NCBI GenBank assembly: GCA_963663275.1
Contig: OY760183.1
Span: 1,920,001 to 1,984,000, forward strand
Source of the DNA: Chloroflexota bacterium
GTDB taxonomy: Bacteria > Chloroflexota > UBA11872 > VXOZ01
Length of the DNA stretch: 64,000 nucleotides
Direction of reading: 5' to 3'
Both the position numbers and the translations under genes were made by a program. The notes below the pieces were generated by a model, which was not told the origin of the DNA, made no database searches, and saw nothing but the letters and a program-made list of their open reading frames with translations. Numbering within the stretch: position 1 is the first letter of the stretch; every line of letters begins with the position of its first letter. Shown piece by piece: positions 48,355 to 58,915 of this stretch.

Positions 48355-50907
48355 ATGCTCCAGGCTGTGCGGCGATCCACCTTGCGCGCGCGCCTGCGTC
48401 TGCGGGCGCGGCGGCCGTTCTTACTTGGGCTTGTCCTTATCACCGGCGGCATACTGGCGGGCGCTTGCGGCGCGCAAGCCGCGCCGGGCGGCAACGTCGT
48501 AAGCGACGCGGACTATGCCGCCTGCCTTGAAAAGATCCGGGGTCAGGCGCTGCCGGCCACGAGCTACATCTACGACCGCCACGGCACATTGCTCGCCACC
48601 ATCTCCGACCCGGACGAAGGTTTGCGCATCGTTCTCGCCGTCGAGGACATCCCGCCGCTGGTCAAGCAGGCTACCGTCGCCGCCGAAGATCGTTTCTTCT
48701 ACCAGCATCCCGGCTACGACGTGCGGGCCATATCGCGGGCGTTCGTGCAGAACCAGCAGGCCGGGGAAGTGGTCTCCGGCGGCAGCACCATCACCCAGCA
48801 ACTGGTCAAGAGCATCTGCCTCACGCCGGAACAGACGTATGAGCGCAAGCTGAAGGAAGTAAACCTCGCGGCGCGCCTCACCGCCCAGTTCAGCCGCGAG
48901 TCGATCCTCGCCTTCTATCTCAACAAGGTCTACTACGGCAGCCAGGCTTACGGCATCGAGGCCGCGGCCAGGGTCTACTTTGGCAAGAGCGCGGCAGAAC
49001 TTGCGCTGCCGGAAGCGGCGATGCTGGCCGGGCTGACCGCCTCGCCCTCCCGGGACAATCCCTACACCAACCTGGACCGGGCCAAGTACCGCCAGCGGTA
49101 CGTCCTGGAACAGATGGTCGTGGCCGGCTACATCACTCCGGCAGAGATGGAGCGGGCATCTGAGCAGCCGCTGGCGTTCGAGCGTGTGCCGGCGCCGGCC
49201 GCGGCGGAAGACGAAGGGGCGGCGGAGGGGGTCTTGGCGCCGCACTTCGTGCAATACGTCCGCGATCAACTGGCGGCCCAGTACGGCCCGGAACGGGTGC
49301 GCGCGGGCGGCCTGCACGTCTATACCACGCTCGACCTGAACTTGCAGACCCAGGCCGAAGAGATTGCGCGGGAGCACATCGCCTCACTGGCGGGATTTAA
49401 CGTCACGAACGCCGCCGTGGTGGCGCTGCTGCCCAATAGCGGCGAGATTCTCACCATGGTGGGCAGCCTGGACTTTCACGATGAAGAGATCGACGGCCAG
49501 GTGAACGTGGCGCTGGCGCCACGCCAGCCGGGCTCGGCCCTGAAGCCGCTCTTCTACGCCGCCGCCTTTGCCAAAGGCTGGACGCCCGCCACCACGATTT
49601 GGGACATTCCCCTGACTCTTGAGATCGAGGGCGAGCCCGACTATAGGCCGCGAAACTTCAGCGGTGAGTTCCGGGGACCGGTTACCGCGCGCCACGCCTT
49701 GGCCAATTCATTCAACGTGGCCGCCGTGCGCATGGGCCTCTTTCTCGGTCTGGATACGGCCATCGACACCATGCAGAGCCTGGGCATGACCACGTTCGAG
49801 AACCGCAGCCGCTTTGGGCCCAGCATCGTGCTGGGCGGCGGCGAGGTAAAGCTGCTGGAGTTGACCAACGCCTACGCGGCGCTGGCGCGCGGCGGCAGTT
49901 ACGTTCCGGTGACGGCTATTCGCCGCGTGGTCGATACGCATGGCAACGTGCTGCAAGGCTACGAATTGCCGGTGGCGGAGGAGGTTTTCGATCCACGCAT
50001 CGCGTACCAGATCACCAGCATCCTCTCGGACAGGGTGACCCGCGCCGCGGAGTTTGGGCCGTACACGCCGCTGGACCTCTCCCGCCCCGCCGCGGCGAAG
50101 ACGGGCACCACCGACGACAACCGCGACGGCTGGACGGTTGGGTACACGCCGCAACTCGTAACCGGCGTGTGGGTGGGCAACGCCGACGGCACGCCGACGT
50201 GGTATCTCACCGGCATGCGCGGCGCCACGCCCATCTGGAACGCGTTCATGGAGGCGGCGCACGCGGACCTGCGGGTCGTGGACTTCGTGAGGCCGATCGG
50301 GTTGGTGGAGGTGGAAGTCTGCGCGCGCACGGGCATGTTGCCGACGCCCCATTGCGGCCCGACCCGCGCGGAAGTCTTCCTGGAAGAGAATCCGCCGCGC
50401 CTGGTAGACGACATCTTCGTGCCGTTCCGGGTGCACAAGGGAACCGGCCTGCGCGCCGGCCCCAACGTGCCGGAATCGCAGATCGAGGTAAAGGTATTCA
50501 TGGTTGTGCCGGAAGAGGCGGAAGAGTGGGCCGCGCAAGAGGAAGTGGCGCTCGCCCCCACGGAGGAATACAACGCTCCGCCGGACGACCCGGTTATCAT
50601 CGTCTACCCCCGCGAGGGCGATACGGTGCGCAGCATCCTGGAAATTCGCGGCAATGCGTACTTCCCCGGTTTCCATTCGTATGAGGTCGCGTACGCCGGG
50701 AGGGAAAACCCGGACCTCTGGGTGCGCATCCACGCCTCCACCCAGCCGCGAGCGAACGCCGTGCTTGCCGCCTGGGATACGGCGCAAAATCCGGACGGCG
50801 TGTACATGGTGCGCCTGACGGCGTTTGACGACGCCGGCCAGCACCGCACCCAAACCGTGACGTTCGCGGTGCAGAATGGCAATGTGGCGGAGGAGAGCGC
50901 GCCGTAG
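48355..50907 (+). CDS. class A penicillin-binding protein (PBP1A-like)
   Basis: EDRFFYQH, GGSTITQQ, RKLKE, GSALKP, SFN, KTGT; C-terminal Ig-like domain; GGAGGAGG RBS. Confidence 0.95.
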   Translation: MLQAVRRSTLRARLRLRARRPFLLGLVLITGGILAGACGAQAAPGGNVVSDADYAACLEKIRGQALPATSYIYDRHGTLLATISDPDEGLRIVLAVEDIPPLVKQATVAAEDRFFYQHPGYDVRAISRAFVQNQQAGEVVSGGSTITQQLVKSICLTPEQTYERKLKEVNLAARLTAQFSRESILAFYLNKVYYGSQAYGIEAAARVYFGKSAAELALPEAAMLAGLTASPSRDNPYTNLDRAKYRQRYVLEQMVVAGYITPAEMERASEQPLAFERVPAPAAAEDEGAAEGVLAPHFVQYVRDQLAAQYGPERVRAGGLHVYTTLDLNLQTQAEEIAREHIASLAGFNVTNAAVVALLPNSGEILTMVGSLDFHDEEIDGQVNVALAPRQPGSALKPLFYAAAFAKGWTPATTIWDIPLTLEIEGEPDYRPRNFSGEFRGPVTARHALANSFNVAAVRMGLFLGLDTAIDTMQSLGMTTFENRSRFGPSIVLGGGEVKLLELTNAYAALARGGSYVPVTAIRRVVDTHGNVLQGYELPVAEEVFDPRIAYQITSILSDRVTRAAEFGPYTPLDLSRPAAAKTGTTDDNRDGWTVGYTPQLVTGVWVGNADGTPTWYLTGMRGATPIWNAFMEAAHADLRVVDFVRPIGLVEVEVCARTGMLPTPHCGPTRAEVFLEENPPRLVDDIFVPFRVHKGTGLRAGPNVPESQIEVKVFMVVPEEAEEWAAQEEVALAPTEEYNAPPDDPVIIVYPREGDTVRSILEIRGNAYFPGFHSYEVAYAGRENPDLWVRIHASTQPRANAVLAAWDTAQNPDGVYMVRLTAFDDAGQHRTQTVTFAVQNGNVAEESAP

Positions 50908-51127
50908 GCGGAAGTTTTCCCGGCGGCTTGCTATACTAAGGGAGACTATTCGCCGCAGCGGATAGTGGTCTACATTCTTGACATAACCAAAGTAACGATA
51001 GCGACAGTCTCTGTTCCAACCGGAGCGGGCGCGGCCATGATTGCCGGCGGCATTGCTTCGGAATTGGGAGCGCGTTCGAGGGCGGCGCAGACGCCGCCCG
51101 TCTCAGTGAAGGGAGAGCGGCCTCGTC

Positions 51128-52291
51128 ATGTCTACTAAGCGGACTTCGTCCGCAGTTATCCCCGGCCTTGAAGGTGTCGCCGCGGCGGAGACGCGGCTCA
51201 GCTACGTGGACGGTCTCGCGGGTGAACTGACAATTGGCGGGCACCCACTGATAGAACTTGCGCCTAACGCGACCTTCGAGGAGGCCGCGTTTCTCTTGTG
51301 GCACGATCGCCTGCCGGACGGGCAAGAACTTGCGGCGCTAAAGTCACGTTTTCAGGGCGGACAAGAACTGCCGCGCACCACCCGGCACGTGCTGGAAGCC
51401 GCCGCCGCCAGGAACGCTCCGGTTATCGACGCGCTGCGTATGGCGTGCGCTACCCTTTCACTGGGCGACCCGGACCCCGACGACATTACGCCGGACGGCC
51501 AACTGCGCCGGGCGGAGAAGATCTGCGCGGCATTTCCCGTGATTGTGGCGAACTACGTGCGCATCAGAGAAGGCAAGAGCGTGGTTGCGCCCCGGGATGA
51601 ATTCGGCCACGCCGCCAATTATCTGTATATGCTGACCGGCGATGAACCCCACGCCGACTTCGTGCGCGCCATGGATACCTACCTGGTGACGGCCATGGAC
51701 CACGGCATGAACGCCTCGACCTTTACGGGCAGGGTGATCGTCTCAACCGAATCGGACCTCTACTCCGCCATTACCGGCTCGATCGGCGCTTTGAAGGGGC
51801 CGGCCCACGGCGGCGCGCCCGGCCCGGCGCTGGACATGGTGTTCGAAATTGGCACGGCGGACAAGGCCGACGCGAACATTCGCGAGCGCCTGGACCGCGG
51901 CGAGCGCCTGATGGGTTTCGGCCACCGGGTTTACAAGGTGCGGGATCCCCGCGCCGACGTGCTCTCGCAGGCGGCGGAACGCCTCTACGACCAGGCCGGT
52001 GACCGCAGCCTCTACGACCTGGCCCGCGCGGTGGAGGAGACGGCGCTGCGCCTGCTGGAGGAATACAAGCCGGGCCGCAACTTGCAGACCAACCTGGAGT
52101 ACTATACGGCCCTGGTGCTGCACGGCGTCGGCCTCTCCGCCGAACTCTTTACGCCTACTTTTGCCGTGGGCCGCGTGGGCGGCTGGTCGGCCCACTGCCT
52201 GGAGCAACTGGCGCACAACCGGCTCATCCGCCCTTCATCGGTTTATACCGGCCCCACAGACCGCCGGTGGACGCCGCTGGAGCGGCGCTAG
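51128..52291 (+). CDS. citrate/2-methylcitrate synthase
   Basis: GLEGV, DHGMNAST, GPAHGGA, GFGHRVYKVRDPR, NLEYY, RLIRP. Confidence 0.93.
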   Translation: MSTKRTSSAVIPGLEGVAAAETRLSYVDGLAGELTIGGHPLIELAPNATFEEAAFLLWHDRLPDGQELAALKSRFQGGQELPRTTRHVLEAAAARNAPVIDALRMACATLSLGDPDPDDITPDGQLRRAEKICAAFPVIVANYVRIREGKSVVAPRDEFGHAANYLYMLTGDEPHADFVRAMDTYLVTAMDHGMNASTFTGRVIVSTESDLYSAITGSIGALKGPAHGGAPGPALDMVFEIGTADKADANIRERLDRGERLMGFGHRVYKVRDPRADVLSQAAERLYDQAGDRSLYDLARAVEETALRLLEEYKPGRNLQTNLEYYTALVLHGVGLSAELFTPTFAVGRVGGWSAHCLEQLAHNRLIRPSSVYTGPTDRRWTPLERR

Positions 52292-52369
52292 CGCCCGCGC
52301 TCACCCAACCTGCCGGACAGCAGCACCCGCCGCGCCGCCTTGCATGCAAGCGCGTCAAGGGGAGGGCTG

Positions 52370-52394
52370 TGTGTCACTTTGTTTGCTTGACACA
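52370..52394. promoter_or_regulatory. inverted repeat overlapping TTGACA upstream of solute-binding protein gene
   Basis: TGTGTCA-N11-TGACACA. Confidence 0.35.
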
Positions 52395-52519
52395 AGTCGT
52401 ACTTCCTTGCAATCTATAGGGCAGCAGTAAGGTTCACTGGCTGAGAGCGATGGAAAGTATGGGACTTTCCCGCCTTAGCGCGAACCTCAGCGAAGCAGCA
52501 CAGAGAGGAGCATTTTCTC

Positions 52520-53890
52520 ATGCTGAAGAAGCGATTTTCACGCCGCGCGTTCATTGGCTCGGCGACGGCGGTAGGCGGCGCGGCGTTTTTGGCCGCCTGT
52601 GGCGCCATGCCAGCGGCGACTATGGAAGAAGCGCCGGCGGAAAAGGAAGCGGAGGCGCCCAAGGCTGAGGCCGCGCCCAAGGAAGAGCCGGTACAACTCA
52701 TTTACCTTTCCCGCGATTCGGCCACGACCACCGAAAACGTGCGCAAGTACTTCGATACCTACGAGGCTGAGACTCCCGGCGTCAAGATCGAGCTGCAGAA
52801 CCTCGCCAGCGTAGCTGAGGCCGAGACAAAGCTCAAGGTCGCCGCGGCGGCCGGCGTGCCCATCGACTTCCTCCGCTGCAGTTGGGGTTCCTATCTGGAC
52901 CTGGCCCAAGCCGAAGTGCTCTCGCCGTTGGATGATTTCTTCAAGCGCGACGGCCTTTCGCCCACCGAGATATTCCTGCCCGCCACGCTGACCCAGTGGC
53001 TGGACAAGGGCGTGCTGTGGGGCATGCCGGCTTCCGGCAATTGCGACGCCCTGCTCATGAACAAGCAGTTGCTCGACAACGCCGGACTGGATGCGCCCTC
53101 CGTTGATCCGGCGGACGCTTCCTGGACGATGGACAAATTCCTGGAATACGGCCGGGCCATGACCCAGGGTGACGAGCAGTTCGGTCACACCGGCGGCGTC
53201 TCGGCGTTCAACGTCTCCGGCATCGCTACCGGCACCTACTTCGGCGAGTTCTGCTGGAATGTGGAAGAGCAGCGCGGCAATATGGACCACCCGGTCTTCA
53301 TCGAAGCGCTGCAGTACTGGCGCGACCTGCGCGATAAGCATGGTGTTGTGCCCAACGCGGACCAGTCCGCCGCCCTCAGGGGCGAGCAGCACATCTGGCA
53401 GACCGGCAAGGTCGGTTTCCACATTACCAACGGCTACAAGCCGGCGGTGGAATTCGAGGTCATCGGCGCGGCGCTGCCCTACACGGGCGAGGCGCCGAAC
53501 AAGTCCGGCCGCGCCTGGTACCCGGCCATCCTGATGGGCGTCGGCCCGAAAGTGGACCACGCCTGGAACGTGTTGAAGTGGATGATGTCCGGCGAGAACA
53601 GCGTGGGCTACACGCTGGCCGTGCGCCACACCATCAGCCCGGTCGCAGCCGTCTCCACGCTGCCCGCGGAGAAGCTGAAGGCGGATACGGGCTACGATTC
53701 GGTTGCCCACGCCAACCAGTCGGCATACAGCGGTCCGGCGGGCTGGGGCTTGCTCCGCTATACCACGTGGGGCGAATGGCGCGACGCCATCAAGCCGGTC
53801 TACGCTGAATTCAACGATGGCAACATGACCGCCGAGGAATACGGCCGCGCCGCCACCGATCTGCTGAACGCGATCATCATTCCCAGCTAG
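52520..53890 (+). CDS. ABC transporter sugar-binding lipoprotein (Tat-exported)
   Basis: SRRAFIG...LAACG; SBP family 1 layout; no permease adjacent. Confidence 0.88.
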   Translation: MLKKRFSRRAFIGSATAVGGAAFLAACGAMPAATMEEAPAEKEAEAPKAEAAPKEEPVQLIYLSRDSATTTENVRKYFDTYEAETPGVKIELQNLASVAEAETKLKVAAAAGVPIDFLRCSWGSYLDLAQAEVLSPLDDFFKRDGLSPTEIFLPATLTQWLDKGVLWGMPASGNCDALLMNKQLLDNAGLDAPSVDPADASWTMDKFLEYGRAMTQGDEQFGHTGGVSAFNVSGIATGTYFGEFCWNVEEQRGNMDHPVFIEALQYWRDLRDKHGVVPNADQSAALRGEQHIWQTGKVGFHITNGYKPAVEFEVIGAALPYTGEAPNKSGRAWYPAILMGVGPKVDHAWNVLKWMMSGENSVGYTLAVRHTISPVAAVSTLPAEKLKADTGYDSVAHANQSAYSGPAGWGLLRYTTWGEWRDAIKPVYAEFNDGNMTAEEYGRAATDLLNAIIIPS

Positions 53891-53955
53891 CGGCGGCAGG
53901 GCTGCGTGTTCTTGGTGAAAGAGAGTGCGCAGTCGCTCTGAATCTGGATAGTAAT

Positions 53956-53990
53956 GAGGCGAGAGGTCATCCCTCTCGCCTCTTGCTTTG
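53956..53990. terminator. intrinsic terminator between convergent genes
   Basis: gaggcgagagg/cctctcgcctc stem followed by TTGCTTT. Confidence 0.7.
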
Positions 53991-53992
53991 TC

Positions 53993-54832
53993 CTAGGTAT
54001 CGATCTGTTTGAGCCACGCGACGAACGAGTTGGAACACCAGTGCGGTGGATCAGCCTCCGCTAGCGCCAACCACTTATCGACCATAGGCCGGGCGCGGGT
54101 ACAGCGGATGGTGGCAGCGCCAATAGCGCCATGGCGCAAGAGGCCCTGTTCAGCAAGTATTGACTCGATTCTTTCGCGTGCCGCAAGACCGATGCTCGGC
54201 CATGCGCCCGGTTTCTGCCAGTCCTCAATTTGCTCCGCCAGCCTTTTGCGCCGGTTGGGCGCGGCTCTATGCAGGGCGCGGTCGACCAGCAGGGTCTCCA
54301 CCAGGTGCACCATGGTGTTGTAGTGAAAATTAACGCCCAGGAAGCAATACGCGACATTCCAGTTATAAAATCTCTGCCAGGGGCTCTCCCGCGCAAAGGC
54401 GCGCGGCCCCCACGGACCCAGGCGCAAGCCCGTCGCGCCGTGATTTGCCGTGAGTTCTCTTGCCCGCGGGCCAATGGCCGACACCGAGTGTGTCCCGTGG
54501 TCGCTGCGCGCGGCAGCGGGCCGGTGGCGCAACACCTCCGTGATGCGCCCGACGCAGGAAGGCGACGTGGCTATGTTCCAGCGGTCGAACGTTAGATGCC
54601 GCTCATCCGGCGGCATGCGGCAGAGGGTGGGCACGACAACGTTGCCGCGAGGGCCAACCGCATCCAGGAATCCATCGATCACCGTGTCCGCGCCGCCGAC
54701 TACCCACCCCATGCTGCTCAGCGAGCTATGGAACATAACGGTGTCGCCGCACCGCACGCCGACCTCCCGCAGGGCGTTGGTGATTTCCTCGCGGTAGACA
54801 TTGTGCGTGGTTTCGCCGACGTTGAATGCCAT
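53993..54832 (-). CDS. AAC(3)/Antibiotic_NAT family N-acetyltransferase
   Basis: FHSSLSSMGWVVGG, VVPT, GRITE, RSDH, SPW, NTMVHLVE. Confidence 0.85.
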   Translation of the reverse strand: MAFNVGETTHNVYREEITNALREVGVRCGDTVMFHSSLSSMGWVVGGADTVIDGFLDAVGPRGNVVVPTLCRMPPDERHLTFDRWNIATSPSCVGRITEVLRHRPAAARSDHGTHSVSAIGPRARELTANHGATGLRLGPWGPRAFARESPWQRFYNWNVAYCFLGVNFHYNTMVHLVETLLVDRALHRAAPNRRKRLAEQIEDWQKPGAWPSIGLAARERIESILAEQGLLRHGAIGAATIRCTRARPMVDKWLALAEADPPHWCSNSFVAWLKQIDT

Positions 54833-55033
54833 GTACGACTTTCCCTTTTGATTCCGGGCGCTGCACTACCTATTCTACTCGGCGCATGGCAATGCTAGTA
54901 TACTGATAGTCACGCAGGGGCAGCCGTCACAGCGAGGGAATCTACCGCTTAGCCTCCTTCACAGGTGGCGGCCCGCACCAAAGTGCAGCTATTCAGCGGC
55001 TTTTTGCCGATAGGTGGAGTTTGTTTGGAAGGG

Positions 55034-56248
55034 ATGGGCAAGAACATGTACGGCGTTATCTGGACGTATCCCTGGGACGTGGTCGAGGCGGGTATCGACA
55101 CGGCGTTGGCGCGGATTGCCAACGAGGGCGGGATGCGGGCGGTCTCTCTGAGCCACAGCTACCACAACGTCAAGCACTTGCGGCCCCACAACCCGGGTCG
55201 CAAGCTCTTCGTCGCCAACTCGTCGGCAATCTACTTTCAGCCTGACCTGAAGCGCTATGGCGCTGTCAAACCCATCGTCGCGCCGCTAGTCAAGGAAGAC
55301 GACGTGATGCGCCGCATCCGCGACGCGGTGGAGAAGCACGGCCTGGCGTATCACGCCTGGACGGTCACGCTGCACAACAGCGCGCTCGGCACGGTCTATC
55401 CCGAGGTCAACACCCTCAACGCGCTGGGCGACCGCGTGCCGCACTATTTGTGTCCGAGCAATCCCGATGTGCGGACGTACATTACCGCGCTCGTGAGTGA
55501 TATTGCCGCCAACCTCGCGCCCGCGCAGGTCGAGCTTGAGTTTCTGCACTTCGGTACGTTCGACCACGACGTGCACCACGGGATTCCGAGCGTGGAGTTG
55601 GACGCTTTTACCGAATACTTGCTGGGTCTCTGCTTTTGCGAACACTGTCTGGGCCGGGCGCAAGACGCGGGTGTGGACGGCGCGGCCGTGCGCGCGTGGG
55701 CGCGCGGCCACGTCCTCGACTACCTGGAGGGCGACGATCTGCCGGCGCTCGGCGGGCTGGGCGATAACATCGCCGGCCACGCGCTGACGTTCCCGGCGCT
55801 GGACGGCTACCTGCGCATGCGTATCGAGTCCGTCATGTCGCTGTGGGCGGAATGCAAAGCGGCGCTGGGCGGCAAATCGGACTTCGTGCCCATCGTCAAC
55901 ATGGGCGTCGGCATGCCGGAGCAAGCCAGCGTAATTCAGGCGCTTGACGGCGTGGACATCGGCCGGGCCCTGGATGAGGGTATTCCGAACGAGTTGCTCG
56001 ACTGCGCGGCGTACAGCCTGGACGGCCTCATCCTGAAACGCGCCGTCCGCGACTTGCGGCGGCTGGTTGACGGTCGCGTGCCCATCCGCGAGGGGCTGCG
56101 CCTCATTCCGCCGCAGGTGATTACGTCCGATGACGTGGCCGGGCAAATAGAGAAGGTGCGCGCGCTGGGCATCGACCGGGTGAACCTCTACAACTACGGC
56201 CTGATGCGGCTGGCAAACCTGCGCGCGGCGAAAGAGGCTATGGCATAG
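55034..56248 (+). CDS. hypothetical TIM-barrel protein (glycoside-hydrolase-like)
   Basis: YPWD, SYH, LHNS, LCPSNP, LE, CFCEHC, YNYG. Confidence 0.65.
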   Translation: MGKNMYGVIWTYPWDVVEAGIDTALARIANEGGMRAVSLSHSYHNVKHLRPHNPGRKLFVANSSAIYFQPDLKRYGAVKPIVAPLVKEDDVMRRIRDAVEKHGLAYHAWTVTLHNSALGTVYPEVNTLNALGDRVPHYLCPSNPDVRTYITALVSDIAANLAPAQVELEFLHFGTFDHDVHHGIPSVELDAFTEYLLGLCFCEHCLGRAQDAGVDGAAVRAWARGHVLDYLEGDDLPALGGLGDNIAGHALTFPALDGYLRMRIESVMSLWAECKAALGGKSDFVPIVNMGVGMPEQASVIQALDGVDIGRALDEGIPNELLDCAAYSLDGLILKRAVRDLRRLVDGRVPIREGLRLIPPQVITSDDVAGQIEKVRALGIDRVNLYNYGLMRLANLRAAKEAMA

Positions 56249-56289
56249 GAGGTTTGCGGGCGGAATCCTGTGCGACTTTTCAATCCGGG

Positions 56290-56412
56290 GTAGGGGCACG
56301 ACATGTCGTGCCCCTACCCCGGGGCGAAGAGGCACGATTGTCGTGCCCCTACCCCGGGGCGAAGAGGCACGATTGTCGTGCCCCTACCCCGGGGCGAAGA
56401 GGCACGAATGTC
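56290..56412. repeat. GTAG REP expanded into three 35-bp tandem units
   Basis: ggggcgaagaggcacg at 56321, 56356, 56391. Confidence 0.9.
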
Positions 56413-56494
56413 GCGCCCCGCGGGTCCCGAGCGAGAAGCCCAACGCAGGGATAGCCTCAGAAAAGCTATGGTACGCACACTGAGAAGGCACACT

Positions 56495-57511
56495 ATGGTA
56501 GCAATCACCCGCTGGAAATTCGGCAAACGCTGGGTCTATTCCACTACCTACGACGAAGTGGTGACCTCCACCGTGCAGAACGGCCTGGCCATTCACGAGC
56601 GGTTTGGCGCGCCGGGGCACCTGACGGTGGTGGTGGGACAGATGGGCGAACCGCGTGACGTGCCCAACAGCGGCTACGACGCCACCTACACCCACGTCTC
56701 GGTGGCCGAGTGTAAGCGGGCGCAGCGGTACGGCTGGACGGTTTCCTCGCACTCCATGACCCACAACAAGCTGCCCGGCGGCATGGCCGTGCCGGCGAAC
56801 GCGCGCATCGAGGTGGTGGACTCCGCGCATTTGCTGGAAGAACGGCTCGGCACGCCCGTGACCGCGTTCATCGCGCCCGGCAACGACCACTGCCTGCCGT
56901 ATGCCTGGCCGCTGGCGGAGGAGGCCGGCTACCTGAGCATGTACGGCGTGCGCGACCAGCTCAACTACCCGGATACGGACATGATGCAACTCTGCCGGCC
57001 GGTGGTCTACCATAAGCTGGACGATTACAACCGGCGCTACGATCCCTACCGGCTCGTCTACCTCGCCCGCGAAACGGGCGGCTGGCTGATAGATTACACC
57101 CACGCGGTGCAGGACGAACTGGTCATCCCCAACCGCGAACTGACGCCCACGGAACTCGGCAACCGCCTGGAGGCCGTGACCCGCGCCGGCGGGGATGAAG
57201 TCTGGCTCGCCGTGCCGGAAGAGGTGGCGGACTACCTCATCCTGGCGCGGGAGACGACCATCGTTGACGAGCGGCGCGCGCCGACCGCTATCACCTATCG
57301 CCTGGCGGCGCCAGAGATTCCGGAGCGCGTGCAGTGGCACACACTTACGTTTACCTGCACGATCCCGCGTGAGTGGGTGGATGTTGCTGTGCAGGTTTCG
57401 CGCGCGGGAGAAGGCGAACCCGTTGCGCTTGAGCGGTTGGACGATACCACCGTCCGCTACAGCCATCGCGTCTCCGACGGCCAACAGGTGACGCTCGCGC
57501 CAAAAGAATAG
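56495..57511 (+). CDS. polysaccharide deacetylase-like protein
   Basis: STTYDE, SSHSMTH, APG, DYTH; C-terminal beta domain. Confidence 0.7.
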   Translation: MVAITRWKFGKRWVYSTTYDEVVTSTVQNGLAIHERFGAPGHLTVVVGQMGEPRDVPNSGYDATYTHVSVAECKRAQRYGWTVSSHSMTHNKLPGGMAVPANARIEVVDSAHLLEERLGTPVTAFIAPGNDHCLPYAWPLAEEAGYLSMYGVRDQLNYPDTDMMQLCRPVVYHKLDDYNRRYDPYRLVYLARETGGWLIDYTHAVQDELVIPNRELTPTELGNRLEAVTRAGGDEVWLAVPEEVADYLILARETTIVDERRAPTAITYRLAAPEIPERVQWHTLTFTCTIPREWVDVAVQVSRAGEGEPVALERLDDTTVRYSHRVSDGQQVTLAPKE

Positions 57512-57578
57512 CGCGCCGCGCGCGTACTTGTGCGGGAAGAGTGCGCGCTTTCGCGTATTCATATCAGGAGCCTTGTCC

Positions 57579-58901
57579 ATGTCATCACAGGACACGTCCG
57601 CCGCGGCCCTGGGCGCGATTGCGCGCCAGGCAAGCGGCGCGCGGGACGAAGCGACCGGCTTTCTGCGCCAACTCGTGGCGTGCGAGACCGCTGTGCGCAG
57701 CCCGGTGACGCCGGAGTTTCTCAGCGAGACGCGGCAGTGCCGCCAACTGGTCGCGGATTTCCTTGAAACGCTCGGCTGTGAGATTCATGCATGGGAGACG
57801 CGGGACGGCTATCCCACGCTGGCGGCGCGGCTGCTGGGCGGCGGGAGCGGCCGGTCGCTGACGTTCAACGGCCACATCGACGTGGTGCCGGTGGGGGACA
57901 CCTCGGCGTGGACACGCGACCCGTGGGCCGGGGAAATCGAGGACGGCAGGCTCTACGGACGCGGCACGGCCGACATGAAGGCCGGTCTCGTGAGCATGAT
58001 GTACGCCGCCAAGTGCGTGCTCGCGGCCGGATTTCGTCCGGCGGGTGACGTGTGGTTCCACGTGGTGAGCGACGAGGAGCTTGTCGGCCACGGCACGCGA
58101 GAGTGTATTGCCAAGTTTCCGGCGAGCGACGCCGTGCTCGACGCCGAGCCGACCGACCTGACGATTATTCCCACCGAGGGCGGTCTGGAACACCTGCGCC
58201 TTGAGATCGAAGGCCGCGAGGCCCACGCCGGCAGCCGCTGGCGCAACCTGGCCCCCGGCGAGAACGGCCCCGGCGTCAACGCGGTGGAGAAGGGCGCGAA
58301 ACTCGTCACCGCTATCCAGGACCTGGAACGCCAGTGGGTGAACCGCAAGTCGCATCCGCTTTTCCCGCCCGGGTATAACTCGCTGCTGCCGGCCATCTTC
58401 ATCGCCGGGCCCGGCGGCGGCGCGGACGGCCAACTCAACGTGGTCAACAATCCCGGCACCATGGCGAACTACTGCGCGATCGAATACAACATCTGGTACT
58501 ACCCGGACGAATCGCAGGAGCAGGTGAAGGCGGAGTTCGAGGCGTTCGTGCGCGCGGTTTGCCAGACTGACGAGTGGCTGCGCGACCACCCGCCAACGTT
58601 CACCTGGGGCCTGCGCCACGTGACGTTTCCGGCGTTCGAGACCCCGTCCGACCATCCTTTCATCGAACTGCTCACGCGGAGCGTGCAGCACGCCGGCGTG
58701 CGGCCCGAAATCAAGGGGTTTTCCGCCGCCAGCGACCTGGCGTGGTACGCCCAGGAGGAAATGCCCGGCTGTCTCTTCGGTCCCGGCGGCATCGCCCAGG
58801 CGCATAGCCCGGACGAGTATGTGTCGCTGGCCGACTTCGGGCGCGCGATTGAGATTTGCGCGGCGCAACTCGCCGGCTGGTGCGGCGTCGTAAAGGCATA
58901 G
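57579..58901 (+). CDS. ArgE/DapE family (M20) deacylase
   Basis: FNGHIDVVP, YGRGTADMKAG, DEE, EPT, AHSPDE. Confidence 0.92.
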   Translation: MSSQDTSAAALGAIARQASGARDEATGFLRQLVACETAVRSPVTPEFLSETRQCRQLVADFLETLGCEIHAWETRDGYPTLAARLLGGGSGRSLTFNGHIDVVPVGDTSAWTRDPWAGEIEDGRLYGRGTADMKAGLVSMMYAAKCVLAAGFRPAGDVWFHVVSDEELVGHGTRECIAKFPASDAVLDAEPTDLTIIPTEGGLEHLRLEIEGREAHAGSRWRNLAPGENGPGVNAVEKGAKLVTAIQDLERQWVNRKSHPLFPPGYNSLLPAIFIAGPGGGADGQLNVVNNPGTMANYCAIEYNIWYYPDESQEQVKAEFEAFVRAVCQTDEWLRDHPPTFTWGLRHVTFPAFETPSDHPFIELLTRSVQHAGVRPEIKGFSAASDLAWYAQEEMPGCLFGPGGIAQAHSPDEYVSLADFGRAIEICAAQLAGWCGVVKA

Positions 58902-58915
58902 GCGGGGAGAAGCTT

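Noticed and set aside
53993-54832. Acquired aminoglycoside resistance gene
   Set aside because: Family membership alone is insufficient; no integron or IS context
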